Shown here: positions 1 through 9,996 of the stretch, in pieces | How the letters are laid out: every line of letters starts with the position of its first letter | How positions within the stretch are numbered: position 1 is the first letter of the stretch | Source of the DNA: Pirellulales bacterium | GTDB taxonomy: Bacteria > Planctomycetota > Planctomycetia > Pirellulales > UBA1268 | Direction: 5' to 3' | Assembly: GCA_016776925.1 (NCBI GenBank) | Contig: JADHSL010000005.1 | Coordinates: 11,916-75,915, forward strand | Length of the DNA stretch: 64,000 nt | Notes under the pieces: generated by a model | The model's database searches: none | What the model was told of the DNA's origin: nothing | The model's input: the letters and a program-made list of their open reading frames with translations, nothing else | Program-made: the position numbers and the translations under genes

Positions 1-1325
1 TGAACAGGGTTCTCGGTAATTGAGAATCCTAACTCATCCGTTGATCCATAGATTGTGCCAGGTCGTGTACCACCACCAGCGAGCCACATCGTGAAAGCGT
101 CTTTGTGATGATCACGTCCCGGTTCCCGTTTTTTTGTATTGGGTGTGTCAGCATTTCCTTGTGCCAGTGGCGTGCGGCCAAACTCACCACCCCAGACCAC
201 AAGAGTCTCATCGAGTAAACCTCGTCTTCTCAAATCGGCTACAAGCGCAGCCATGCCCTGATCTACATCACGGCATTTAGCAGGTAATCGAATTTTAAGG
301 TTCCCATGATGATCCCAATCGGAATCAAAAAGTTGCACAAAGCGAACCCCGCGTTCGATCAGCCGACGGGCAAGGAGGCAGTTAGCAGCAAACGACGGCT
401 TCCCGGGTTCCACGCCATAAAGTTCCAGTGTCTCAACAGTCTCAGTGGAAAGGTCGGTCAGGTCTGGAACGCTTGCCTGCATTCGAAACGCCATTTCATA
501 CTGGCTGATTCGTGTCGCAATTTCTGGGTCTTCAGTTTCGGCAAGACGTAGAGAATTGAGACCGTTGACGGTATCGAGTAATCGCCGGCCATCTTCACGA
601 GATCGACCGGCTGGATTGCTGAGGTAAAGCACCGGGTCGCCACTCGAACGAAAACGTACTCCCTGATGCATGCTTGGTAAAAACCCACTTGACCACAACT
701 GTGAACCGGCTCCACCAGCAGGACCAGAGAGCAATACAACGTATGCTGGGAGATTCTCGTTTTCACTTCCCAATCCGTAGGTTGTCCAAGCACCGAGAGC
801 AGGCCGTCCACCGCGTCCAAACCCACTATGCATGAACATCTGTGCTGGCGCATGGTTGATTTCATCGGTATGAAGACCGCGAATAACACACAACTCATCA
901 GCCACACCCCCAAGGCAAGGAAGATGCTCGACGACATCAAGCCCGGCATTACCTTGCTTGGAAAATCGAAAAGGTGAACCTGCTAGAACTTTTTTGTCAC
1001 CGATAAATGCCAGCTTTAAACCATCGAGCAATGCTTCCGGACAGTTTTCACCATGACGCTCTGAAAGGACAGGCTTTGGATCAAGCATATCGATCTGGGA
1101 TGGTGCACCTATCATATGGAGGTGAATTACCGACTTTGCACGAGGACCAAAGTGAGGAGAACGCCGAGGAAGCAGATGGCCATCATCGGGTTCTTGAGCC
1201 ATCGGAGAATCACTCGCCAACAATGTAGACAACCCAACTGCTGAGAGCCCTAAACCCTGCCGAAAGAAATGACGACGAGACACATCTAAAAAATTCATCT
1301 TTTGCTCAGGATTTGGCCGCCACAT
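1..1325 (-). CDS. DUF1501 domain protein (partial; 3' end runs off the window)
   Basis: Not in the ORF track because it has no stop in the window. Manual translation from ATG 1325 gives MWRPNPEQKMNFLDVSRRHFFRQGLG...HFGPRAKSVIHLHMIGAPSQIDMLDPKP. The same frame at the window edge reads TDELGFSITENPV, typical DUF1501 termini. Lies directly downstream of a DUF1549/1553 gene. Confidence 0.9.
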   Translation of the reverse strand, partial: MWRPNPEQKMNFLDVSRRHFFRQGLGLSAVGLSTLLASDSPMAQEPDDGHLLPRRSPHFGPRAKSVIHLHMIGAPSQIDMLDPKPVLSERHGENCPEALLDGLKLAFIGDKKVLAGSPFRFSKQGNAGLDVVEHLPCLGGVADELCVIRGLHTDEINHAPAQMFMHSGFGRGGRPALGAWTTYGLGSENENLPAYVVLLSGPAGGAGSQLWSSGFLPSMHQGVRFRSSGDPVLYLSNPAGRSREDGRRLLDTVNGLNSLRLAETEDPEIATRISQYEMAFRMQASVPDLTDLSTETVETLELYGVEPGKPSFAANCLLARRLIERGVRFVQLFDSDWDHHGNLKIRLPAKCRDVDQGMAALVADLRRRGLLDETLVVWGGEFGRTPLAQGNADTPNTKKREPGRDHHKDAFTMWLAGGGTRPGTIYGSTDELGFSITENPV

Positions 1326-1341
1326 GAGATCTACCACACTC

Positions 1342-3822
1342 TCAGTTTTTGGTGATTGTTTCATCAAGATTCAAAATTGTGGCTGCTATTGCATACCATG
1401 CTGCTAGCTCATTCACGTTCATGCTTTTTGGAATATTAATTGCAGAATGATCTTTCATGATCGCCTCAATTTTTTGTGGATTTGCTACTAATTTTTGCCG
1501 TTCTGTATTCAATAATTTTTGCAAGAGATTCATCTCACTAGCTGTTGGCTGCCGGCTGACTGCAATGCGAAAACCATAACCAATACGTGATGTATCAGTA
1601 TCCCCTGGTGAATCAGAGAGAATCCGTTTTGCGAAGGCAAAGGCTGCCTCGGTGTACACTGGGTCATTTAATAGAACCAGTGACTGAAGTGGTGTATTGG
1701 ACCGAGAACGCCTCGTTACACACGTCATGCGCTCAGTTGCATCAAAAGTCACAAAACTTGGGTATGGGCTTCCTCGCTTGAGAACAACATAGATGCCACG
1801 ACGGTATTGTTGCTCACCCGGACTCACTTCATATGTATATTTCTGACCGCCAAGCTTCGTCCACAAACCATTGGGCTGTGGTGGATGGATCGACGGACCG
1901 CCTTTTGCAGCACTCAGTAACCCTGCGATAGCAAGTGCGTTATCCCGAATGCCTTCTGCATCCAGACGAAATCGTGGGCCTCTCGCAAGCCATTTATTTT
2001 GAACGTCTTGCAACCGTTTCTCCGAAGGTACAGTTGAAGACTGCCGATACGTTCTGCTGGAGACAATGCGCCGAACCAATTTCTTAAGGCTCCACCCATC
2101 TTCCATAAAGCCAACTGCAAGACTGTCGAGCAGTTCTTGGTGTGTTGGTCGTTCACCTTTGACACCGAAATCCTCGAGTGTTGTGACAATGCCTTGGCCA
2201 AAAATCTCAAACCAGACTCGATTGACAAAAACTCTCGCCGTTAACGGATTATCCTGTGACACAAGCCATTGAGCAAGCATGAGTCGGTTCGCGGGACCGT
2301 TGGTCTTTCCGCCCAACACAAGTGGCGTGCCCGCCTCAACCTGCTTTGAGGGGTCCGTAAAGTCGCCACGGTTAAAGACAAAGGTCTCACGTGGCATCGC
2401 CTTGTCTTTCATCACAAGTGTCTTCGCCTGTGGAATCGAAGACAACTTGTTTTGTAATTGTTTGACTTTTTTTTCTTTCGTCTTCAAACGCGTATCATAG
2501 TCTTTCTGCTGTTCCTGTTGGTCGACTAACATCTCTCCACCGCAGGTAGTAGGCCCTTCACTTTCATCTTGAATGACATCCTTCCCTGTTTTGTCACCCT
2601 TAATCTGCTTCACATTTTTCTGAGCATCGCGAAGACTTTGGCTGATGGACTTCCGTTCCGCAGCCCAAGGATCGTGGCTTAAGTTCATTGATGGGCCAAT
2701 GAACTTGATTGAGGATGGCACCTTTGGGTTCGCTCGCTCTGCTTCTGCTTCTGTTGAATTAAAATACGCTGCAAAGCGGTAGTACTCTTCTTGTGAAAAC
2801 GGGTCATACTTGTGGTCGTGACATTGCGCACATTCAAGCGTGACACCCAACCACACAGCACCAGTGGTATTCACGCGGTCAAAAACCTGATTAATGCGAC
2901 TCTCTTCTGGATCGGTTCCCGCTTCTACGTTGGTTGGAGCGCACCGATGGAAGCCCGTAGCAATTCGTGTTGCTTCATTTGCGTCAGGCAGTAGATCACC
3001 AGCAATTTGTGTAATTGTGAACTGGTCGAAAGGCATATCGTCGTTCAACGCATCCACGACCCAATCCCGATACGCCCACATATTCCGCAGGTCATCCCGT
3101 TGAAATCCATGGGAATCTGCATAGCGGGCAAGATCAAGCCACATCCGTGCCCAGCGAACGCCAAATTCTTCACTTTGGAGGAACTCATCAACAAGATTTT
3201 CATATGCGTCATCGCGTTCGTCTGCCTCGAATGCCGCAACTGCCTCTGGGCTTGGTGGCAAGCCAGTCACGTCAAATGCAAGACGTCGTATCAACTGACT
3301 TTTTTTCGCTACAGGAGCAAACTGGAGATCTTCATGTTTATGTGCCGCAACGATCCAACCATCGATAGTCGGATCAATAATCGATAGGTCTTGTGAGCCA
3401 GCCGCTGGGGAAGAATGCCGAACCGGAGGAACATATGCCCAGTGCTTTTGCTGTGGAATCGCATCTGGCAGTTCACCACCTTGTTGTATCCAGCGACGAA
3501 GTACGATTTCTTCACGGCCTGAAAGCCCCGGCCCCACGGGGGGCATTGCATCATCATGCAACCGATCGAGTGACACTCTTCGAAGCAGTTCACTTTCACG
3601 GGGTTTACCGGAAATTATGGCCGGACCTGAATAACCACCAGCCAGGAATTCATTTCGATCATCAAAACGCAGGTCGCCCTCCTGCACATCCGGGCCATGG
3701 CATTCGAAACAATGTCGTTGAAGGACAGGCAGAACATCCTTCGTAAAGCCAACGTGCTCTGCTCCCTGGGTTACTGAAAATGCAAGCAACAGCGGAAAAG
3801 CTGATAGAGAGATTTTATACAT
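1342..3822 (-). CDS. Planctomycete cytochrome c + DUF1549/DUF1553 (PSD1-type) protein
   Basis: Signal peptide, CFECH and CAQCH heme motifs, WLDLARYADS, ARVFVNRVW, RLDAEGIRD and C-terminal ILNLDETITK. ORF is open to 3933; start chosen at MYKISL because a signal peptide follows. Confidence 0.9.
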   Translation of the reverse strand: MYKISLSAFPLLLAFSVTQGAEHVGFTKDVLPVLQRHCFECHGPDVQEGDLRFDDRNEFLAGGYSGPAIISGKPRESELLRRVSLDRLHDDAMPPVGPGLSGREEIVLRRWIQQGGELPDAIPQQKHWAYVPPVRHSSPAAGSQDLSIIDPTIDGWIVAAHKHEDLQFAPVAKKSQLIRRLAFDVTGLPPSPEAVAAFEADERDDAYENLVDEFLQSEEFGVRWARMWLDLARYADSHGFQRDDLRNMWAYRDWVVDALNDDMPFDQFTITQIAGDLLPDANEATRIATGFHRCAPTNVEAGTDPEESRINQVFDRVNTTGAVWLGVTLECAQCHDHKYDPFSQEEYYRFAAYFNSTEAEAERANPKVPSSIKFIGPSMNLSHDPWAAERKSISQSLRDAQKNVKQIKGDKTGKDVIQDESEGPTTCGGEMLVDQQEQQKDYDTRLKTKEKKVKQLQNKLSSIPQAKTLVMKDKAMPRETFVFNRGDFTDPSKQVEAGTPLVLGGKTNGPANRLMLAQWLVSQDNPLTARVFVNRVWFEIFGQGIVTTLEDFGVKGERPTHQELLDSLAVGFMEDGWSLKKLVRRIVSSRTYRQSSTVPSEKRLQDVQNKWLARGPRFRLDAEGIRDNALAIAGLLSAAKGGPSIHPPQPNGLWTKLGGQKYTYEVSPGEQQYRRGIYVVLKRGSPYPSFVTFDATERMTCVTRRSRSNTPLQSLVLLNDPVYTEAAFAFAKRILSDSPGDTDTSRIGYGFRIAVSRQPTASEMNLLQKLLNTERQKLVANPQKIEAIMKDHSAINIPKSMNVNELAAWYAIAATILNLDETITKN

Positions 3823-4124
3823 GCATCCACTGACCATACGTAGAAATTTTATCGGCCCCAGGCAGCGACTCTCTCGGCTCTCTCTCGATTTGCAACAATT
3901 CCTGTCGCAACAACGCAAAAGAGTCACGATCACCCTAGAAGGTAGCTGCCTCCTTGATTCTTACGCACGAGGCACCATACATCAAGAAAAATGCCTGCGT
4001 TAGCATAAAAGAAGAACGTTCTTGTACATTTAAGGATATCTTTCTTTGTATAAGAACTCGTGAAGTTGCACATTAAGATCAAAGACATGATGGGTACTTC
4101 GTTTTTATCTTTGGGACATACAAC

Positions 4125-5822
4125 ATGGTCTCTTCAAAAAGCACGTCGCTTGATGCTCTCAAATCACTTCGAAGGCTTCTCATACTTATCATACTTTTCA
4201 TTCTGACAAATGTCTGTTGTGAAAATCCTGGGTGGGCTGTCGAGAATAATACTGAAGAACGACCAAACATTTTATTTTTGTTCGCTGATGACTGGGGACG
4301 ACATGCCTCGGTTCTTTCAAAGATTGACGGAGCCGGTGGTATCAATGACGTCGTCCAAACACCAAATTTCGACAAGGTCGCTAGTCGTGGTGTCCTTTTT
4401 CGAAACGCACACGTGAGTGCACCATCGTGCACCCCATGTCGTAGCGCGTTACTTACTGGTAGACATTTTTGGCAAACGGGAACTGGCTCAATACTTCGGG
4501 GTGCTGTCTATGACAGTTCGATCCCGAGTTTTCCGCCGCTCCTTCGAGAGCAAGGCTACTGCGTCGGCTATTCCCATAAGGTCTGGAGTCCCGGTACTCC
4601 GGCGAATTCACCATTCACACAAGATGAAAGCTTTGGCAAAAACGGTGGTCGGATCAATCAATTCTCTCAAACCGTAACAAAGCTCATCAGTAAGGGAACA
4701 CCTCGCGAGACGGCTAAGCTCGCAATTCTCGACGAAGTCAGAGGCAACTTCCGTGACATGCTCAATAGCTGCAAGGACAACGCTCCTTTTTGCTACTGGT
4801 TCGGGCCTACCAATGTGCATCGAAAATGGATCAAAGGAAGTGGCAAAGATCTTTGGGGAATCGATCCCGATTCTCTCCAAGGAAAGATGCCTGCTTTTCT
4901 GCCTGATGTTCCGGAAGTACGACAAGATCTTGCAGATTATTTTGGCGAAATAGCTGCCTGGGATGCGGCTGTTGGTGTTTTGCTTGATGAACTCGAGAAA
5001 GCCAAACTCACTGACAACACACTCGTGGTTATAAGTGGAGACCATGGAGCACCTGGGTTTCCTCATGGAAAATGCAACCTGTATAGTTTTGGTACCGGCG
5101 TATGTCTTTCTGTAACCGGGCCGGGCGTTGTCGGCGGCCGTGTTGTTGATGACATGGTGAGCCTCATTGATCTTGCCCCCACATTTCTAGAGACGGCACG
5201 TATCAAGCCACCGGAATCAATGACTGGCAGGTCACTATGGCCACTTCTTCACTCGAAAAAATCAGGTTTTATTGACCCGACACGAGACTGCGTATTTACA
5301 GGACGTGAACGACACGTTGAAAGTGCACGGGCTGATTTCACTCCCTACCCTCAGCGCGCTATCCGCACTCACGATCATGTTTTAATTATGAACTTTCGCC
5401 CCGACCGGTGGCCGCTTGGTGATCCATATCGCCTTGAAGATGGACCTGAGCCAACACAGCAGGAACTTGAAACAAATACACGAGTGACATTGCCTGATGA
5501 AGATGCTGGCCCAACCAAAGCATGGCTTGTGCAATCTCGTAAGGAAGAGTCGTGGAAACAACTATTTAACAACGTATACGGAAAGCGAATGCCCATCGAG
5601 CTCTTCGACCTGACTCAGGATCCATATGAAATGCACAACCTTGCTGGTGAGCGAGCACATGCTGAAGTTGTCAAAAAGCTTATGAACAGGCTTCTGAGTG
5701 AATTATACAAGACAAAAGATCCGAGGCTCAAGAATGACGGTGAGTTCTATGAGACGCCTCCTATGGCAGGCCCTCTAAAAGAAAAATCTCCTGGTTGGAA
5801 AAATCAAAAAAGAAAGCCATAG
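4125..5822 (+). CDS. Sulfatase (formylglycine-dependent; resembles N-sulfoglucosamine sulfohydrolase-like group)
   Basis: RPNILFLFADD, CTPCR (CxPxR) + SALLTGR, GDHG, GRERH...YPQRAIRT, ELFDLTQDPYE. Confidence 0.9.
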   Translation: MVSSKSTSLDALKSLRRLLILIILFILTNVCCENPGWAVENNTEERPNILFLFADDWGRHASVLSKIDGAGGINDVVQTPNFDKVASRGVLFRNAHVSAPSCTPCRSALLTGRHFWQTGTGSILRGAVYDSSIPSFPPLLREQGYCVGYSHKVWSPGTPANSPFTQDESFGKNGGRINQFSQTVTKLISKGTPRETAKLAILDEVRGNFRDMLNSCKDNAPFCYWFGPTNVHRKWIKGSGKDLWGIDPDSLQGKMPAFLPDVPEVRQDLADYFGEIAAWDAAVGVLLDELEKAKLTDNTLVVISGDHGAPGFPHGKCNLYSFGTGVCLSVTGPGVVGGRVVDDMVSLIDLAPTFLETARIKPPESMTGRSLWPLLHSKKSGFIDPTRDCVFTGRERHVESARADFTPYPQRAIRTHDHVLIMNFRPDRWPLGDPYRLEDGPEPTQQELETNTRVTLPDEDAGPTKAWLVQSRKEESWKQLFNNVYGKRMPIELFDLTQDPYEMHNLAGERAHAEVVKKLMNRLLSELYKTKDPRLKNDGEFYETPPMAGPLKEKSPGWKNQKRKP

Positions 5823-5826
5823 AATT

Positions 5827-7332
5827 ATGAAAAATATTTTTGCTTGCTGCGTTTTAGCGATGGCCTGTTCATCTGTGTATGCAGCTGATAAGCCAAATAT
5901 CCTATTCATAGCCATTGATGATCAAAATGATTGGATTGGTCATCTCGATGGACATCCTCTTGCCAAAACACCACATATTGATGCTCTTGCCAAACGGGGG
6001 ACAACGTTCACAAATGCACATTGTCAGGCACCGCTGTGCAATCCTTCCCGAACGAGTCTTTTGCTTGGCTTGCGACCAACAACAACAGGAATATACGGAC
6101 TGAAACCATGGTTTCGAACAGTCCCCGAATGGTCCGACCGTGTCACGCTTCCACAACACTTTGCGAATGATGGTTATTACACCGCGGCGACTGGGAAAAT
6201 CTATCATGGCTTTCGAAAGAATCCCAAGAAGAAAAATCAAGGAAATAACGCACCAGAGCATGTTGAGTTCGAAGTCACTGGGGCATTCGGTGGTGTCGGA
6301 ACCAAACCACCAAAAAAACTAATTCCCGAGACCCCCATGGGAAATCACCCACTCATGGACTGGGGCGTGTGGCCACTGGATAATGACGACACGCAGAAGG
6401 GTGATTATCAAGTGGCTTCTTGGACCGTCGAACAAATTCAGAATGCGCCTAAAGACCGACCATTCTTTTTGGCAGCAGGATTTTTTCTCCCACACGTACC
6501 GTGTTATGCCACCCAGAAATGGTTTGATCTCTACCCAGATGATGATTCGGTCTTGCCACCAATCCTTCAGGATGATCGTGCCGACACTCCACGATTTTCA
6601 TGGTACATCCACTGGTCCCTACCGGAGCCTCGATTAAAGTGGGTCCGTGAAAACAATGAGTGGAGGAATCTCGTACGTTCATACCTTGCCTGCACCAGCT
6701 TTGTTGATGCACAAATTGGTCGTATTGTGTCTGCAGTGGAACAAAGTGAATACGCGGACAACACTATCATTGTTGTCTGGGGAGATCACGGATGGCATCT
6801 TGGTGAAAAAAACATCACAGGCAAAAATACATTATGGGACCGTGGCACAAAGGTCCCTCTTGTCTTTGCTGGGCCAGGCATCACACCTCAGCAAACATGT
6901 GGCCAGCCAGTCGAGTTGCTGGACATCTACCCGACCCTGATTGATTTAGCAGGCGCTCCAAGCCGTTCTGATCTAGAAGGAATAAGCCTTGTGCCACAAC
7001 TAAAGGATGCAGCAACCACCCGCACTCGTCCTGCAATCACCAGTCATAATCAGGGGAACCATGGCATTCGGAGTGAACGCTGGAGATACATTCACTATGC
7101 CGATGGCAGTGAAGAACTCTATGACATGCATGCCGATCCGCATGAATGGACAAATCTTGCACATCTTCCAAAACATGCAGCAGTCATCGAGCAGCATCGC
7201 CGGTGGCTGCCAACTATTGATCGAGAACTCGTTCCCAACAGTGCCGCACGAGTCCTTACATACGACAAGGCAACAGATACCGCCGTCTGGGAAGGTACCA
7301 CTATCAAGCGAACAGACCCAATTCCAGATTAA
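5827..7332 (+). CDS. Sulfatase (iduronate-2-sulfatase/choline sulfatase-like)
   Basis: Signal peptide, KPNILFIAIDD, CNPSR, GKIYH, PHVP, GDHGWHLGEK, EELYD. Starts 4 nt after the upstream sulfatase. Confidence 0.9.
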   Translation: MKNIFACCVLAMACSSVYAADKPNILFIAIDDQNDWIGHLDGHPLAKTPHIDALAKRGTTFTNAHCQAPLCNPSRTSLLLGLRPTTTGIYGLKPWFRTVPEWSDRVTLPQHFANDGYYTAATGKIYHGFRKNPKKKNQGNNAPEHVEFEVTGAFGGVGTKPPKKLIPETPMGNHPLMDWGVWPLDNDDTQKGDYQVASWTVEQIQNAPKDRPFFLAAGFFLPHVPCYATQKWFDLYPDDDSVLPPILQDDRADTPRFSWYIHWSLPEPRLKWVRENNEWRNLVRSYLACTSFVDAQIGRIVSAVEQSEYADNTIIVVWGDHGWHLGEKNITGKNTLWDRGTKVPLVFAGPGITPQQTCGQPVELLDIYPTLIDLAGAPSRSDLEGISLVPQLKDAATTRTRPAITSHNQGNHGIRSERWRYIHYADGSEELYDMHADPHEWTNLAHLPKHAAVIEQHRRWLPTIDRELVPNSAARVLTYDKATDTAVWEGTTIKRTDPIPD

Positions 7333-7363
7333 TCACTACGTCCTTTGAGTACGTTCAAAATAA

Positions 7364-9604
7364 TTATTCTGACTCTGCTTCGAGTGCTTGCAGGAGTCGC
7401 TTTACCATTGCCATATCAATACCGGATGGTTGTTGGATCACGAGCCACCGAGCATCTCGTTTTGCAATGTCACTTTGATTGAGCTGGCGGGCTGTAAGCA
7501 TGCGTAAAAAATGGCTACGAGGAGAATCTGGACGAAGGGCCAGCATGGCATCCAAGTATCGAAGCATCGATTGTGCATCTTTTTCCTGGATCGCAATTGA
7601 CAGCAGGTTGTTGAGCATCCGTGACAATATTTCACGTGACGTCGATGCCTCAAGATGACTGTCGTTAAGTGGTTCTCCTGTTTGTTCAAGATGTCGCTGA
7701 GCAAGATTCTCACGAGTAAGTCTCTTTCCTCGCTCAAAAACGTCAATCCACTCTGAATCACCATCAGTTGCGTCAAAACGGACCAAAAAGTGGCCTGGGA
7801 ACCCGATGCCGTGTATTTCAATACCGAGACGCTTAGCGAGTTCCATATAAACGACTGCTAACGTGATAGGTATACCTTCCCTATCATCGAGGACCTCATT
7901 TACATAGCTATTCGATCGATTGTAATAATCTCCACGACTCCCGTGAAAACCCAGTTCGGAAAAGAGAACCTGATCCAACATTCCCAGCCGATCAGAATCA
8001 CTCGCATCAATGGGCAACCGTGTTTTGATTAAAGCTGACAACCTCCGAAGATCGGCAAGAGAGGCTTCGCAATCAAGTTCTTGATTATCAAGTCTGGCAA
8101 TCTGTAACGCTGCTCTAAACATGTCAATCTTTTCATCATCAACAGCTACTTCGTCAGAAAGCTGCTCTACTGTCCGATGATGATGGACCTCAGCAGCCAA
8201 CGCCCGTAACTGCTCAGACTGCCGTGACAACGAATCAGCCTTTAATTCAAGAGCCGCGACTGCAGTCGATCCGGCCTCTGCTAACAACTCAACCAGTGTT
8301 GCGTTAGCTGGATCAATTTCGTCAAAACCTGCCGTTGTTTTTTCAACCTGCGCCCATACCGCGTCGTCTGGCTGAAAGCGTGGCACCTCATCACCACAAG
8401 AAAACCGACGGAATGCTGCTTCGGTGCCCCGAAATGAAACAAGCCCAGGTCTGCCACCACGCAAATTTTGATCAGAAGACACGATAACTTCAAGATCATT
8501 GACGTAGCAACGAATACCGTCTTTTTCAACACGAACACGAAGATGATTCCAATCACCCTCACGGTATTCGGGTACATCGATGTCTTCAATCACATTCCAA
8601 GTAAATACTGTCGGACCATCAAATCGAGTAAATCGCAACTGCCCATTGCTTGGGTAAAAGCCGTAATGCTTATCTTCTCCATCTGCTTCAACTACAAGGC
8701 CAGCGGCGCCCGACTCATTGTCTAATTTGACCTGCACTCCAACCTCATATGGCACGCTTGGCAGTGAGCCTTTTGCTAAACAGAGGCTACGCCCACCAAA
8801 ACCTTCCCCTTTTCCTGCTACCGTTATTCGACCAGCTCGTTGACGCCATAGCCCACCACCAGCAGTCAACCATTCAGTCGCGTCAAGTTGACCAATAGTA
8901 AGCCAGCGATCGAGTAATACTGGATTTGGGTTTTCTAGCAATTCATTGACACGGTCAGCCACAACAGCAAACCCGAGATTGCGAGTTACCTGTGACTTTA
9001 ATGTCAGAATGCCGTGGACGTCTCCATTTCGATCAAGCAATGGTCCTCCACTGTTCCCTGACTCGATCGGAATCGCTAATTGAATCATCTCTATGCCATC
9101 AATAGTACGTCTCCCCGACACACGACCAACCACAACGCTCCGCTGAAGCCCATGAGGATTTCCAATCGCAACAACCTCTTGTCCGTCGCGAAGCGAACTG
9201 GAAGCGGCTAAACCCAACGGCTGCAAATTTTCTGCGTCTATTCGTATGACCGCAACGTCTGCGTTTCTGTCGGTCGCATGTATTTCAGTCACATCAAAGA
9301 TGCGACCATCCGTAAGCTCAACTGAAATTGGTCGGGCTTCTCCGATCACATGTAAATTCGTCGCGATAAGACCATCAGAGGAAATCACAAAACCTGTCCC
9401 CAGCCCAGCATCGTTTCCTCCCCTACCAACGTGGCGAATGGTTACAACGGACGGACGAACAGTCATAACGAGTTCTTCAACTGAAGGAATATTCTCCTTG
9501 GACTGATCCGCAGCATGTGGAATACCCACCACTCCAGCAAAAGAGGAGGCTACCCAAAAAACAGTAGTCTTTCGAATTATGTTGCGGCTCAAAAAAAGAG
9601 CCAT
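7364..9604 (-). CDS. Multidomain protein: trypsin-like serine protease + DUF1080-like beta-sandwich + SirB1/transglutaminase-like (Transglut_core2) + TPR
   Basis: Catalytic triad motifs ATNLHVI, DVAVI and GNSGGPL. WNHLRV...YVND (DUF1080-like). YYNRSNSY.NEVLDDREGIPITL...GFPGHFL (SirB1 family). Start uncertain; ORF is open to 9691. Confidence 0.8.
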   Translation of the reverse strand: MALFLSRNIIRKTTVFWVASSFAGVVGIPHAADQSKENIPSVEELVMTVRPSVVTIRHVGRGGNDAGLGTGFVISSDGLIATNLHVIGEARPISVELTDGRIFDVTEIHATDRNADVAVIRIDAENLQPLGLAASSSLRDGQEVVAIGNPHGLQRSVVVGRVSGRRTIDGIEMIQLAIPIESGNSGGPLLDRNGDVHGILTLKSQVTRNLGFAVVADRVNELLENPNPVLLDRWLTIGQLDATEWLTAGGGLWRQRAGRITVAGKGEGFGGRSLCLAKGSLPSVPYEVGVQVKLDNESGAAGLVVEADGEDKHYGFYPSNGQLRFTRFDGPTVFTWNVIEDIDVPEYREGDWNHLRVRVEKDGIRCYVNDLEVIVSSDQNLRGGRPGLVSFRGTEAAFRRFSCGDEVPRFQPDDAVWAQVEKTTAGFDEIDPANATLVELLAEAGSTAVAALELKADSLSRQSEQLRALAAEVHHHRTVEQLSDEVAVDDEKIDMFRAALQIARLDNQELDCEASLADLRRLSALIKTRLPIDASDSDRLGMLDQVLFSELGFHGSRGDYYNRSNSYVNEVLDDREGIPITLAVVYMELAKRLGIEIHGIGFPGHFLVRFDATDGDSEWIDVFERGKRLTRENLAQRHLEQTGEPLNDSHLEASTSREILSRMLNNLLSIAIQEKDAQSMLRYLDAMLALRPDSPRSHFLRMLTARQLNQSDIAKRDARWLVIQQPSGIDMAMVKRLLQALEAESE

Positions 9605-9996
9605 CGCTGCTATGGTGTTTATGATTTCTGCATGTACGTCGGACGCCAGGAAGCTACTCGACACACGAAGAACATGGCATTGCTTGCTCATACATTCACC
9701 CGCTTCTAGAAAAGAAACATTTGAATTGGCTTAGAAGATCTTTCCAACTTCATCATCACGACAGATTTCTGCCAGAAAACTTTACCTGCATTTCCATACA
9801 AGGTATTCATTTTTTTTCTAATAAAGCACACTTTTTTCAGCGAATTCAGCATCTTACGCTCGTTCATGCTTAGGGTTTCCGTATCCACACGATGCCTGAC
9901 ACGGGGTGCTGTGTAAGATTAGATATCACGACGACGTGGCCTTATCGTACGTTTCAGCCCGTACCATTTATTTTTTTACCCTCAATATTATCCGAA

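Noticed and set aside
306-1228. Short ORFs listed in the track over 1-1300
   Set aside because: They are shadows of the DUF1501 gene on the minus strand, which the track missed because it has no stop codon in the window.
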